NCBI GenBank assembly: GCA_963779415.1
Contig: CAVZYA010000003.1
Location: 128,001-192,000, forward strand
Source of the DNA: an uncultured Acidobacteriota bacterium
Lineage (GTDB): Bacteria; Acidobacteriota; Thermoanaerobaculia; UBA5066
Direction: 5' to 3'
Length of the DNA stretch: 64,000 nucleotides
The position numbers and the translations under genes are program-made. The notes beneath the pieces were generated by a model. The model saw only the letters and a list, made by a program, of their open reading frames with translations, was not told the origin of the DNA and did no database searches. Positions 1 to 10,329 of this stretch are shown one piece after another (positions within the stretch are counted from its first letter, which is position 1; every line of letters begins with the position of its first letter).

Positions 1-49
1 TGACCCCGTCCTTACCAAGGACGTGCTCTACCGACTGAGCTACGTGGGC
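1..49 (-). tRNA. tRNA-Thr(GGT), 5' part; 3' end runs off the window
   Basis: Minus strand reads GCCCACGTAGCTCAGTCGGTAGAGCACGTCCTTGGTAAGGACGGGGTCA: D-arm plus anticodon arm with GGT. Confidence 0.93.
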
Positions 50-69
50 GCCCGTCGAGTCGTCGGTCA

Positions 70-157
70 TGGTGGGCAGAGAGGGATTCGAACCCCCGTA
101 GCACGTCAGTGCGGCAGATTTACAGTCTGCTGCCATTAACCACTCGGCCATCTGCCC
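70..157 (-). tRNA. tRNA-Tyr(GTA)
   Basis: GGGCAGATGGCCGAGTGGTT...GACTGTAAATC, long variable arm, TTCGAAT T-loop, encoded CCA. Confidence 0.96.
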
Positions 158-231
158 GTCCCTCGCATTCATCCGAATCCGTCCCTGTCGAGCACCGGCT
201 CCGTGCCCACCATCCCCTCCAGAGTCCGCCG

Positions 232-307
232 TGGAGCTGGCGATGGGACTTGAACCCGCAACCTGCCGATTACAAATCGGCTGCTCTACCCGTTGAGCTA
301 CGCCAGC
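232..307 (-). tRNA. tRNA-Thr(TGT)
   Basis: 76 nt, GCTGGCGTAGCTCAA...GATTTGTAATC...GTTCAAGTC...CCA. Confidence 0.96.
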
Positions 308-436
308 GCTTCCTTTCCCGTGCCACGGTGGCGAGAGCTTCGCCGGGACGGTCTGATCACTGGAAACCGGCCCGGCATCGCACGCCCGACGGGCGCGAAA
401 CGCAGTTTTTATCACCCGGCGGCTGGGCGGGTCAAG

Positions 437-1168
437 CTATTTTCGTGCCTCGGGATAGCCGAGCCTCCGCCGAAGGACCTCGTAGAGGAGCACCCCCGCG
501 GCGACTGAGACGTTAAGCGAACCGGAACCTCCCTCCATCGGGATCGAAACGAGGCGGTCGCACGATTCCCGTGTGAGCCGCCGAAGTCCCTCGCCTTCCG
601 ACCCGAGGCAGAGGAGGACGTCCCCGGAAAGATCTGTCTCCCAAAGGCTTGTACCCGAAGAGTCGGCCCCGAAAACCCAGAAGCCGGCCTCCTTGGCGCG
701 CTTGAGGAACTGCGAGGCGTTCCCGGCCCGGCCGACCCGGACCCGCTCGAGCGCCCCCGCCGAGGCCTTCGCGACCGCCTCGCCGAGGCCCGCGGAATGT
801 CGTTCCGAAAGGACGACGGATGCGTTTGCCGCGGCTGCCGTCCGGAGAATCGCCCCGACGTTTCCCGGATCCGTGACCTGGTCGAGGAAAACGACGCACC
901 GGCTCCCCTCGGCCCCCCCGAGGCAGGAGGCTTCGTCGTCGTAGTCGCGCGAGGCGACCCGCGCCGCGACGCCGTTGTGGGCCTTTCCCGCCAGCCGGTC
1001 CAGCTCCTCGCGTGGAACCGGGCGGACCGGCACGCCGGCTGTGCGCGCGAGCGCCTCGATCTCGGCCGCGCGCGCATCCCCTCGTCCGCGGAGGACGAAG
1101 AGCGCCTCGATCGCCTTCGGCCTCCGTTCGAGAGCCTCCCGCACCGGATGGAACCCGGCGACGATCAC
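437..1168 (-). CDS. rlmB: 23S rRNA (Gm2251) 2'-O-methyltransferase RlmB (SpoU family)
   Basis: GFHPVREAL, HNGVAA, LDQVTDPGNVGAILRTA, GSEGEG and SLNVSVAAG motifs; GTG start overlaps the ispF stop (GTGA). Confidence 0.92.
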   Translation of the reverse strand: MIVAGFHPVREALERRPKAIEALFVLRGRGDARAAEIEALARTAGVPVRPVPREELDRLAGKAHNGVAARVASRDYDDEASCLGGAEGSRCVVFLDQVTDPGNVGAILRTAAAANASVVLSERHSAGLGEAVAKASAGALERVRVGRAGNASQFLKRAKEAGFWVFGADSSGTSLWETDLSGDVLLCLGSEGEGLRRLTRESCDRLVSIPMEGGSGSLNVSVAAGVLLYEVLRRRLGYPEARK

Positions 1169-1641
1169 TCCGGGATCTCGACGAGGACGACGGCTTCCGC
1201 GGCGACACCGGCGCCGCGGCCGAAGTCGGTCAGGCCGTTGCCGGAGGAGGCCTTCACCGAGATGCGCGACGGATCGACCCCGAGGAGGGCGGCGATCCTC
1301 CCGCGCATCGCGTCCCGGTGCGGGCCGATCTGCGGCCGCGCCGCGAGGACCGTCACGTCGACGTTCACGACTCGCGGTCGGCCCGTCCGCTCGCGCACCT
1401 CGGCGACGAGGCGCGACGAGGGAACGTCCTTCCATTCGGGACGCGCCGTCCCGAAGACGCTCCCGAGGTCTCCCGCGGCCGAGGCGCCGAGGAGCGCATC
1501 CGCGAGCGCGTGGAGAACGACGTCGCCGTCCGAGTGCCCTTCGGGCCCGACGTCCGACGGGATCTCGGTGCCCCCGAGGACGCAGCGGCGCCCCGGCACG
1601 AGCGGATGGGCGTCGAAGCCATGACCGATCCGAAGGCTCAA
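1165..1641 (-). CDS. ispF: 2-C-methyl-D-erythritol 2,4-cyclodiphosphate synthase
   Basis: RIGHGFDAH, GHSDGDVVLHALADALLGA, NVDVTV and ISVKA motifs; TTG start inferred. Confidence 0.95.
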   Translation of the reverse strand: MSLRIGHGFDAHPLVPGRRCVLGGTEIPSDVGPEGHSDGDVVLHALADALLGASAAGDLGSVFGTARPEWKDVPSSRLVAEVRERTGRPRVVNVDVTVLAARPQIGPHRDAMRGRIAALLGVDPSRISVKASSGNGLTDFGRGAGVAAEAVVLVEIPE

Positions 1642-1643
1642 GG

Positions 1644-2336
1644 TCAGCCGCCGGCGTGGGCGAGAAATGCCTCCGCCCACGCGAGGTCCTCGGGATAGGT
1701 GATCTTCAGGTTCCAGCGGGAAGTCAGGACGACGGCGACGGCCCCGCCGACCCCCTCGACGAGCTGGGCGTCGTCCGTCACGTCCACGGCCGGAGATTTC
1801 GCGTACGCCTTCCGGAGGAGCCCGGCGCGGAAAACCTGCGGCGTCGTGACCGAGACGAGATCGTGCCTCGGGACCGTCTCGACGACGTTTCCGTTCTTCG
1901 TCCGTTTCACCGTGTTCACCATCGCGAAGCCCGCGATCGCGGCGCCCCGCTCGGCGGCGGCGTCGACGACGGCCGCCACCTCCGCCGGATCGACGAGGGG
2001 CCGCGCCGCGTCGTGGACGAGGACGAGGTCCCCGTCGGCCGCCCCCGAGGCCTCGAGGGCGCTCGCCACGGAGTCCCGCCGTGACATGCCCCCTTCGACG
2101 AGGCGCCACGCGAGCGGTGCCTTCGCGAGCGCCGCCCGGAACGCCTCCTCGTAGCCCGGCGTGAAGGCCACCACGACCCCGCTCACGCGGTCCGATGCGT
2201 GGAGACGCTCGAGCGCGTGGAGGAGGAGCGGCTTTCCGGCGAGCAGGACGAGCGCCTTGGGCCCGTCGTCGTGGAAGCGGGTCCCCAGCCCCGCGGCCGG
2301 AACGAGGGCCACTCCCCGGACGGGGGCCGCGCTCAC
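1644..2336 (-). CDS. ispD: 2-C-methyl-D-erythritol 4-phosphate cytidylyltransferase
   Basis: VPAAGLGTR, VLVHDAARP, TPQVF, TDDA and NLKITYPEDL motifs. Confidence 0.95.
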   Translation of the reverse strand: MSAAPVRGVALVPAAGLGTRFHDDGPKALVLLAGKPLLLHALERLHASDRVSGVVVAFTPGYEEAFRAALAKAPLAWRLVEGGMSRRDSVASALEASGAADGDLVLVHDAARPLVDPAEVAAVVDAAAERGAAIAGFAMVNTVKRTKNGNVVETVPRHDLVSVTTPQVFRAGLLRKAYAKSPAVDVTDDAQLVEGVGGAVAVVLTSRWNLKITYPEDLAWAEAFLAHAGG

Positions 2337-2343
2337 GTCCGGC

Positions 2344-2904
2344 TCATCGGGCGAGGATCTCGGTCTCTTTCGCCTTGAGAACGGAGTCGATCTCGGCGAT
2401 CGACCGGTCCGTCGCCTTCTGGACCTCGTCGAGGGACCGCTTTTCGTCGTCCGCCGAGACCGCCGAGGCCTTCGCTTCCTTCTTGATCTTCTCGTTCGCT
2501 TCGTGACGGTGGTGCCGCATCTCGACCCGGGACTGCTCGGCGAGGACGTGGGCCTTCTTGACGATCTCCTTGCGGCGCTCCTCCGTCGGCGGCGGGACCG
2601 GAATCCGGACCACCTTCCCGTCGGAGGAGGGATTGAGCCCGAGGTCGCTCTTCCGGATCGCCTTCTCGATCGCCGGACAGAGGTTCGGCTCGTAAGGCTG
2701 CGCCATGAGGAGGGTCGCGTCCGGGGCCATCAGCGTCGCGACCTGGTTCAGGGGCGTCGCCGTGCCGTAGTACTCGACGAGGATCCCGTCGAGGAGCGCG
2801 ATCGACGCGCGGCCCGTCCGAAGGTGCTTGAACTCGGTCTTGAGCGCTTCGATCGACGTATGCATCCGGCGCTCGGCTTCCTTCCGAATCTCCGTGAGGG
2901 GCAT
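2344..2904 (-). CDS. frr: Ribosome recycling factor
   Basis: LRTGRAS, EYYGTATPLNQVA, DLGLNP, PPTEERRKE; follows pyrH. Confidence 0.97.
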   Translation of the reverse strand: MPLTEIRKEAERRMHTSIEALKTEFKHLRTGRASIALLDGILVEYYGTATPLNQVATLMAPDATLLMAQPYEPNLCPAIEKAIRKSDLGLNPSSDGKVVRIPVPPPTEERRKEIVKKAHVLAEQSRVEMRHHRHEANEKIKKEAKASAVSADDEKRSLDEVQKATDRSIAEIDSVLKAKETEILAR

Positions 2905-2938
2905 GGACTGACGACCTCCTTGTCCTGAAGTTCCCGCC

Positions 2939-3673
2939 TCAGGCCGAGGCGGTGCCGGAGTCCACGACGCTGCCGACTCTCTCGCCGAGGACGACGCGGC
3001 GGATGTTGCCGGGAACGAGGAGATTGAAGACGCGAATCGGCATCCGGTTGTCGCGGCAGAGGGCCACCGAGGCGGCATCCATCACGGCGAGCCGCTTCTC
3101 GAGGACCTCCTGATAGGTGACGTGAGGCAGGAGCTTCGCTCCGGGGTCGACGACCGGGTCGGCGGTGTAGATGCCGTCCACCCGCGTCGCCTTCAGGATC
3201 GCCTCGGCACGGATCTCGTTGGCGCGAAGAGCGGCCGCCGAGTCGGTGGTGAAAAACGGGTTCCCCGTCCCGCCGGCGAAGATGACGCAACGCTTCTTTT
3301 CGAGGTGCCGGATGGCGCGGCGCCGGATGAAGGGCTCGGCCACGGCCCGAACCTCGAATGCCGTCATGACGCGGGTATAGATCTTCTCCTTCTCCATCGC
3401 GTCCTGAAGGGCGAGGGCGTTGATGACCGTCGCGAGCATTCCCATCGAGTCGCCGGTGATCCGGTCGATCCCCTGGTCCGCGGCGGAGACGCCGCGGATG
3501 ATGTTCCCGCCGCCGATGACGACGGCGACCTCCACGCCGAGCCGGCAGACCTCCGCCACCTCGCTGGCGAGGCGCGCCACCATCGCCGGCTCGATCCCGA
3601 AAGGCTGGCTTCCGAGCAGGGCCTCTCCGGAGAGCTTGAGAAGGATCCGGCGATAGTGCGGCGCGTCCGCCAT
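2939..3673 (-). CDS. pyrH: UMP kinase
   Basis: [44 protein letters not shown]. Confidence 0.97.
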   Translation of the reverse strand: MADAPHYRRILLKLSGEALLGSQPFGIEPAMVARLASEVAEVCRLGVEVAVVIGGGNIIRGVSAADQGIDRITGDSMGMLATVINALALQDAMEKEKIYTRVMTAFEVRAVAEPFIRRRAIRHLEKKRCVIFAGGTGNPFFTTDSAAALRANEIRAEAILKATRVDGIYTADPVVDPGAKLLPHVTYQEVLEKRLAVMDAASVALCRDNRMPIRVFNLLVPGNIRRVVLGERVGSVVDSGTASA

Positions 3674-3675
3674 GG

Positions 3676-4595
3676 CTACTTCATCAGGGCGGCCACGTCC
3701 GCGGCGAGGTCGGCGGCCTTTTTCTCGACCCCCTCCCCCACCCTCATCCGGACGAAACGGACGACGCGCGCGCCTTCGCCCCCGCGCTCGGCGACGACCT
3801 GAGACACCTTCTTCGAGTCGTCCTTGACGAACGGCTGGTCGACGAGAACGACCTCGCCGTACCACTTCCCGACCATCCCCTCGACCATCTTCTCGACGAC
3901 GTTCGGCGGCTTGCCGGCCGCCGCCGCCTTCGCGCGCGCGATTTCCTTCTCGTCCTCGACCGCCTTCGCCGGGACCGCGTCCCGGGTCGCCCAGTGCGGC
4001 GCGAGGGCCGCGACCTGCATCGCGAGATCCCTCGCGAGCGTCTCGTCGCAGGCCGCCGTCTCGAGGACGACGACGTTCTTGTCGCCCGTGTGCGCGTAGA
4101 GCGTCAGACTGCCCGCCCGGCGCGGCCACGAGCCGGGCCGCGCGCCGCAGCTGCGTGTTCTCGCCGGTCTTTGCCGTGAAGGCCTTCAGCCAGTCGGCGA
4201 TCGTTCCCGACGCCCCGGGGAGGCCGGCGGGAGACGGGAGCCGCTTGACGGCCTCGACGTCGAGCGACGGAGCGTCTCCGAACGCCGCGTGGGCGAAGAC
4301 GGCCTCCGCGAGGAGCTGCCGGGCCTTCCGGAAGTCGTCGGTCTTGGCGACGAAGTCGGTCTCGCAGTTCAGCTCGACGAGAGCGGCCGTCTCCTCCCTC
4401 GATCCGGTGGCCGACGAGTCCGTCGGCGGCCACGCGCCCGGACTTCTTCGCGGCATCGGCGAGCCCCTTCTTCCGGAGGATCTTTTCGGCCTCCTCGATC
4501 TTTCCGTTCGTCTCCTTCAGCGCGTTCTGGCAGTCCAGAAGGCCGGCGCCGGTCTTGTCCCGTAGCTCCTTGACCTGTAGCGCGGTGATCGCCAT
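3676..4595 (-). CDS. tsf: Elongation factor Ts (two apparent frameshifts near 4390 and 4100)
   Basis: [28 protein letters not shown] and MQVAA...[12 protein letters not shown]...DQPFVKDD lie in three consecutive pieces of different frames. Confidence 0.93.
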
Positions 4596-4616
4596 GTCTC
4601 GTCTCATCCTCGCGTG

Positions 4617-4652
4617 AAAAGGGCCGCGCCGGGAGGGGTCCCCGCGCGGCCC
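4617..4652 (-). terminator. GC-rich hairpin with short U-tract between rpsB and tsf (terminator/attenuator-like)
   Basis: Minus strand GGGCCGCGCGGGGACCCCTCCCGGCGCGGCCC followed by TTTT. Confidence 0.55.
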
Positions 4653-4673
4653 GTGATCGATCGGTTCGGGTCT

Positions 4674-5472
4674 TTACGCCGGGACCGCAGGGACGTCCTC
4701 GGCCGCCTTGGCCGGCTCGGCCACCTGGAAGTTCGTCGGCATCGGCTCGTCGTCGCCGTGCTCGACCTTTCCGATGAACCGCTCCTCCTGGGCATGGAGC
4801 CCCTCGAGGACGGCGTCGGAGATCTTCGACGGTGAAGAGCTTGATCGCACGGATCGCGTCGTCGTTTCCGGGGATGACGTAGTCGATGTCGTCCGGGTCG
4901 CAGTTCGTGTCCACGATGGCCACGACCGGGATCGCGAGCTTCCGGGCTTCCTGCACCGCGATTCCCTCGTTCTTCGGGTCGATCACGAAGAGGACGTCCG
5001 GCAGCTCCTCCATCTCCTTGATCCCGATCAGGTTCTTCGCGAGCTTGGCCTTCTCGCGGTCGAGGTGGATCCGCTCCTTCTTCGTCAGGATCGCGTCGGA
5101 GCCGTCGGCGAGCATCGCCTCGATCTCCTTGAGGCGCGCCACCGACTTCCGGATCGTCACGAAGTTCGTGAGGGTGCCGCCCAGCCAGCGGTTGTTCACG
5201 TAGAACATGCCGCAGCGGTTGGCCTCCTCGTAGATGGCGTCGTGCGCCTGGCGCTTCGTTCCGACGAAGAGGATGTTCTTCCCCTGCGAGGCGACGTCCG
5301 TGACGAACGCCGCCGCCTCGCGGAAGCACTTGAGCGTCTTCTGGAGGTCGATGATGTAGATGCCGTTCCGCTTCCCGAAGATGTACTTCTTCATCTTCGG
5401 GTTCCAGCGCTTCGTCTGGTGGCCGAAGTGGACACCCGCCTCGAGGAGCTCCTTCATCGTGATCTGGCTCAT
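4674..5472 (-). CDS. rpsB: 30S ribosomal protein S2 (frameshift near 4830)
   Basis: [40 protein letters not shown]; C-terminus continues as KISDAVLEG...VPA* in another frame. Confidence 0.96.
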
Positions 5473-5482
5473 TCTTCTCCCC

Positions 5483-5875
5483 TTACCGCTTCGAGAACTG
5501 GAAGCGGGCGCGGGCCCCGCGCTGGCCGTACTTCTTCCGTTCCTTCATCCGCGAGTCGCGCACGAGGAGCCCGGCCTTCTTCAGGGTCGGGCGCAGCTCG
5601 ACGTTGAACAGGCAGAGGGCGCGGGCGATGCCGTGCCGGATCGCGCCGGCCTGTCCGGCCACGCCGCCGCCGTCCACGCTGGCGACGATGTCGAACTTCT
5701 CCGCCGTCTCGGTCAGCGCGAGAGGCTGCCGGATGACCATCTTCAGAACGTCGTTCGGGAAGTAATCCTCGAACTTCCGGCCGTTCACCGACACGATGCC
5801 GGTGCCGGGACGGAGATAGACGCGGGCCACCGACTCCTTCCGGCGCCCCACCGCTTGAAACTGCTGGCTCGTCAA
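5483..5875 (-). CDS. rpsI: 30S ribosomal protein S9
   Basis: [35 protein letters not shown]...FQFSKR. Confidence 0.98.
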   Translation of the reverse strand: MTSQQFQAVGRRKESVARVYLRPGTGIVSVNGRKFEDYFPNDVLKMVIRQPLALTETAEKFDIVASVDGGGVAGQAGAIRHGIARALCLFNVELRPTLKKAGLLVRDSRMKERKKYGQRGARARFQFSKR

Positions 5876-5899
5876 GGCTCTCGCTCTCCTTTGCGGCGC

Positions 5900-6334
5900 T
5901 CAGGCGGACGCGGCGGCCGGCGCCTGGGCCGCGTGAGGGTGATGGGGTCCGGCATAGACCTTCAGCTTCTTCAGCATCTTCTTGCCGAGCTTCGTCTTCG
6001 GGAGCATCCCCTGCACGGCGGACTCGATGAGGCGCTCGGGACGCTCGACGCGGAGCTTCTGGGCGACGATCGACTTCAGGCCGCCCGGGAAGCCGGTGTG
6101 GCGGTGATAGATTTTCGCGCCCTCCTTGCGGCCGGTCAGGACCACCTTCTCGGCGTTGACCACGACGACGAAGTCGCCGGTGTCGAGGAAGGGCGTGTAG
6201 TGCGGCTTCGTCTTCCCCGTGAGGTGGCGGGCCACCTGGGTCGCGAGCCGTCCGAGGACCTTGCCGTCGGCGTCGACGACGATCCACCGGCGGGAGAGTT
6301 CCGAGGTCTTGGGGAGCGGCGTTCGCATGCTCAC
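5900..6334 (-). CDS. rplM: 50S ribosomal protein L13
   Basis: [51 protein letters not shown]. Confidence 0.98.
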   Translation of the reverse strand: MSMRTPLPKTSELSRRWIVVDADGKVLGRLATQVARHLTGKTKPHYTPFLDTGDFVVVVNAEKVVLTGRKEGAKIYHRHTGFPGGLKSIVAQKLRVERPERLIESAVQGMLPKTKLGKKMLKKLKVYAGPHHPHAAQAPAAASA

Positions 6335-6501
6335 GGGGTCAGACTTCTCCGGTCTTCGAGTTCGGGGGACGGGCCCCCTCGGGCTTTTTCATCCGGAGCC
6401 GCAGGTCTCTTTGATGCGGCCCACGCGGATGCATCGAAAGACCAGAGCCCCGACGGCGGACGACGGCGGGATCGGGCAAACCCTTTCCCGCAGGGGGCGA
6501 A

Positions 6502-6530
6502 AAGATACGTCACGGCAAAGATCGTGTCAA
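6502..6530 (-). promoter_or_regulatory. Sigma70-type promoter of the rplM-rpsI-rpsB operon
   Basis: TTGACA - 17 nt - TATCTT on the minus strand, about 165 nt upstream of rplM. Confidence 0.7.
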
Positions 6531-6558
6531 GGACGCGACCGGACGGCACAATACGTCC

Positions 6559-7479
6559 ATGAGCGCTCTGCCTCTCGACGGGAAGAAGATCGCCGCCGAG
6601 ATCCGGGCCGAGGTGGCGGACGGCGTCCGGGCCCTCGCGGAGCGGGGCGTCGTCCCCGGGCTGGCCGCCGTCCTCGTCGGCGACGACCCCGCCAGCGCCG
6701 TCTACGTCCGGAACAAGGGGAAGGCGGCCGGGGAGGCGGGCATCGCCTCCCGGACGCTTCGCTTTCCCGCGGACCTCCGCGGGGACGATCTCCTCCGGAC
6801 GATCGACGCGCTCAACCGCGACGACGAGGTCGATGCGATCCTCGTCCAGCTCCCGCTCCCTCCCGGGATCCGCGAGGAGCGGATCCTCGAGGCCGTCGAT
6901 CCCGCGAAGGACGTGGACGGATTCCATCCCGTCAACGTCGGGCGGCTCGTCCAGAAGAAGCCCGGCCCCCGCCCCTGCACGCCGGCCGGGATCATGGAGC
7001 TTCTCCGCCGCGAGGGGATCTCCCTTCGCGGGATGCGCGCCGTCGTCGTCGGACGAAGCGACATCGTCGGCAAGCCGATGGCGAGCCTCCTGATGCACGA
7101 CGACGCCACCGTGACCGTCGCGCATTCGAAGACGCGGGACCTTCCGGGCGTCTGTCGCGAGGCCGACCTCCTCGTCGCCGCGATGGGGAAGGCCGGCTTC
7201 GTGACGGGAGACTTCGTGAAGGAGGGAGCCGTCGTCGTCGACGTCGGGATCAACCGGATCTCCGACGCCGCGGCGCTCGCGCGCTTCTTCCCCGGGGACG
7301 CCGCCCGGGCTGCCGAGTTCGAAAAGAAAGGCTCGACGCTCGTGGGCGACTGCGATCCCGTCTCCGTCGGAGAGCGCGCGGGGCGGCTGACGCCGGTGCC
7401 GGGAGGCGTCGGGCCGCTCACGATCGCGATGCTCCTCGCCAACACCCTCGACCTCGCGCGCAGACGCCGCGGGAGCTGA
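6559..7479 (+). CDS. folD: Bifunctional methylenetetrahydrofolate dehydrogenase/cyclohydrolase
   Basis: LVGDDPASAVYVRNK, ILVQLPLP, KDVDGFHP, PCTPAG, GRSDIVGKP, TPVPGGVGPLT. Confidence 0.97.
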   Translation: MSALPLDGKKIAAEIRAEVADGVRALAERGVVPGLAAVLVGDDPASAVYVRNKGKAAGEAGIASRTLRFPADLRGDDLLRTIDALNRDDEVDAILVQLPLPPGIREERILEAVDPAKDVDGFHPVNVGRLVQKKPGPRPCTPAGIMELLRREGISLRGMRAVVVGRSDIVGKPMASLLMHDDATVTVAHSKTRDLPGVCREADLLVAAMGKAGFVTGDFVKEGAVVVDVGINRISDAAALARFFPGDAARAAEFEKKGSTLVGDCDPVSVGERAGRLTPVPGGVGPLTIAMLLANTLDLARRRRGS

Positions 7480-7489
7480 GGGCCCTCGC

Positions 7490-8125
7490 GTGCCGCCCGG
7501 CCGCATTCTCCGCGTGGGGCTGACGGGAGGGATCGCCTCCGGAAAGAGCACGGTCGCCTCGCGCCTCCGCGAGCAGGGGATTCCGGTCCTCGACGCGGAC
7601 GAGGTCGTCCGCGATCTCTACCGGCCCGGGGGCGAAGGCGCCCGCCTCGTCGCCGAGGAGTTCGGGCCTGCGATGCTCGATCCCTCGGGGGGTGTCGACC
7701 GCGCCCGCCTCGCCCGCCACGTCTTCGCCGATCCCCTCGCCCTCGCGCGCCTGAACGCCCGGATCCACCCGCTCGTCATCGAGACGCAGCGGCGGTGGCT
7801 CGCCGAGCGCGAGGAGTCGGGCGACCGGATCGCCGTGATCGAGGCGACCCTCCTCGTCGAGAGCGGCGGCCGGGGCCGGTACGACCTCGTCATCGCCGTC
7901 TCGGCGCCCGAGGAGGTCCGCCTCGAGCGCGCCGTCCGCCGGAGCGGCGAGATCGAGCGCGAGGGCCTCCGCCGCCGGATCGCCGCGCAGATGCGGGACG
8001 CCGAGCGGGAGAGGGCCGCCGACATCGTCCTCCGCTCCGACGGAACGAAGGAAGAGCTGACGGAAAAGGTCGACGCGCTCGCCGGGAAGCTGAAGGAGAT
8101 GGCGGCCGGGCGCGTCAGCGGCTGA
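7490..8125 (+). CDS. coaE: Dephospho-CoA kinase
   Basis: GLTGGIASGKSTV P-loop, LDAD, IHPLV. Confidence 0.95.
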   Translation: MPPGRILRVGLTGGIASGKSTVASRLREQGIPVLDADEVVRDLYRPGGEGARLVAEEFGPAMLDPSGGVDRARLARHVFADPLALARLNARIHPLVIETQRRWLAEREESGDRIAVIEATLLVESGGRGRYDLVIAVSAPEEVRLERAVRRSGEIEREGLRRRIAAQMRDAERERAADIVLRSDGTKEELTEKVDALAGKLKEMAAGRVSG

Positions 8126-8681
8126 GCGCCTCGCGAAGCGCCGCGAAGGCCCGCGCCCGGTGGGAGTCCCGGTTCTTCTCCTCCTCGCTCATCTCGGCGA
8201 ACGTCCGCGTCTCGCCCGAAGGGATGAAGACGACGTCCCAGCCGAAGCCGCCAGTGCCGCGGGGCTCCTTCGCGATCGTCCCGGCGCGGCGGCCCACGAC
8301 GACGACGACGTCCTCGGGACGATCGCCGGCTTTCGCGAGGGCGAGCGCCGACACGGCCGCCGCGCTCCGGTCGGGAAACGGGCCCAGCATCCGCGCGAGC
8401 CCCGCCGGGCCGACCGGCGCCATGAGCATCCACTTCGTCATCGGCCCGGGAAAGCCCCCCCACGCGACGACCTCAATCCCGGAATCCTCGACGAGAACGG
8501 GCCCCCCGACCGCCGCGGCGGCCTCGAGCGCCTTGGCCCTCGCCACCTCGGCGAAGTCGAGGGACTGGATCTCCGGAAGGTCGAGCGGCACGGCATGGAC
8601 CGGCCGCCCGAGGAAATGAGACGCCTCGCGCGCCTTTCCCGGGTTCGAGGTGACGAAGGCGATGGCGGGAGGGACGGGCAT
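8115..8681 (-). CDS. rdgB: Non-canonical purine NTP pyrophosphatase (HAM1/RdgB family)
   Basis: FVTSNPGK, EDSG, FPGP, GFGWD..F, EKNRDSHRARA. Confidence 0.9.
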   Translation of the reverse strand: MPVPPAIAFVTSNPGKAREASHFLGRPVHAVPLDLPEIQSLDFAEVARAKALEAAAAVGGPVLVEDSGIEVVAWGGFPGPMTKWMLMAPVGPAGLARMLGPFPDRSAAAVSALALAKAGDRPEDVVVVVGRRAGTIAKEPRGTGGFGWDVVFIPSGETRTFAEMSEEEKNRDSHRARAFAALREALSR

Positions 8682-8689
8682 CTTCGCGC

Positions 8690-10314
8690 TCAGCTCCGGA
8701 CCGGGCGGACCGGAATCCCTTTCCCGTCGAGGGCGACGCGAAAGGCCGTGAGCCCCTTCGACAGCCCCTTGAGCCGGACCTCGCCGAGCGGCAGGAAGGA
8801 GAAGTCGTCCCCGGCGAGGCGCGCTGTCTCCTCGCCGACGACGATCTCGTTCGGCCCCGCGACGTACTCCTCGAGGCGGGCGGCGACGTTCACCGTATTT
8901 CCGAGGACCGTGTAGTCGACGCGCTGGTCCGAGCCGATGTCCCCGACGACCGCGTTTCCGGTGTTGATCCCGATACGGAGCGCGACGGGCGCCTCGCCCG
9001 CGGCCGCCCGCTCGAGGTTCCACTCGAGAACGGCTTCGACGAGGCGCGCCGCCGCCGCCACGGCCCGTCGCGGGTGGTCGGCCTGCGCGATCGGGGCGCC
9101 GAAAAAGGCCATGACGGCGTCGCCGATGAACTTGTCGAGGGTCCCCCCCTGCGCGAAGACGGCGTCGGCGGCGAACGTGAAGATCCGCGAGAGGAACCTC
9201 GCGACCGCGTCCGGCTCCATCTTCTCGGCGACGGTCGTGAAGCCGACGATGTCGGCGAAAAGGACGCTCACGGGGCGCGTCCGCGCCTTCTCGAGGGCCG
9301 AGCTTTCCGAGGCGATCTCCTCGACCACGGCGGGCGAGTGGTAGCGCGAGAGCCGCTCGCGGATCCGCTCCTCGCGCTCGATCCGCCCCTGCAGGCGCGC
9401 CCGCTCGATGGCGACCGCCGCGAAGTTGCCGAGAGCCGTCAGGAGATCGAGGTCCTCGGCGGAGAAGCTGCCGGCCTTGAGAGGCGAGTCGACGTGGAGG
9501 GCGCCGATGACGTTCTCCCGGTTCCAGAGCGGGACGCACATGGCGGAGCGGATCTGCTGGATCCGGATCGACTCCCCCGCGTCGAACCGGCCGTCCGTGA
9601 GCGCGTCGGAGGTCAGGACGGCCACGCGCTGGCGGACGACGGTCTCGACGATCGTGTGCGAGAAGGAGTCGGTCCCCTCCTGCCCTTTCTTCCCCTTCTG
9701 ACGGGCGAGCATCGGGACGGGACGCCCCTTCTCGTCGAGGAGGACGACGGCCGCGCGCTCGGCCGGAAGGAGTCCGAACAGAAGGTCGACTACCTTCTCG
9801 AGGATCTCGTTCACCTCGCGGGCATCGATGAGGGTCCTGGCGACCTGGACGAGAATCTCGAAGAGCTTCTCGCGCCGCTCGGCCGCGGGAAGCCTCCGGC
9901 CGAGGATCGTCCCCGAGATCTCGGCGGCCGGCTCGTCGAGGCGGAAGTCCCGGTTGAAGTCGGCGAGCGAGCGGACGAACGTGGCGCCCGGGTCTCCCAC
10001 CGAGGCGCCGTGCGGGCCCCGGAGAGACGACTCCTCGTGAACCGTCAGCGTGAAGATCCCGACGTTCAGGACGTCCCCGGGCTGGAGAGGGGAGCGCTCC
10101 ACGTAGGCGCCGTTGACGTTCGAAGACCGTTCGTGGAGTGCTGGTCGGAGACCCACCACTGTCCCGCCTCGAACCCGAAGAGGGCATGGCGGCGGGAGAC
10201 CGAAAAGTCGTTCAGGACGATCCCGTTGTCCGTCGAACGGCCGAGCGTCATCCCGGATCCCGAGAGCGGGGTCCGATGGACCTTCCCCCCGACTTCGTAG
10301 AGGAGCTCGAGCAT
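8690..10314 (-). CDS. FHA-GAF-class III adenylate/guanylate cyclase (frameshift near 10120)
   Basis: FHA (GRSTDN...VSRRHA...STNG), GAF (SIRIQQIRSAMCVPL) and cyclase (LFADIVGFT, DKFIGDAVMA, GNTVNVAARLE) motifs. Confidence 0.9.
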
Positions 10315-10329
10315 GGAATCGGGCGCCGA

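Noticed and set aside
1-436. tRNA cluster as an integration site for a genomic island or prophage
   Set aside because: No integrase, transposase, phage structural genes or duplicated tRNA 3' end were seen in the window.
3676-5472. Frameshifts in tsf and rpsB (and in many other genes) as pseudogenes or programmed frameshifting
   Set aside because: They hit essential genes, occur throughout the window, include locally compensating pairs and show no shared slippery motif; sequencing indels are the simplest explanation.
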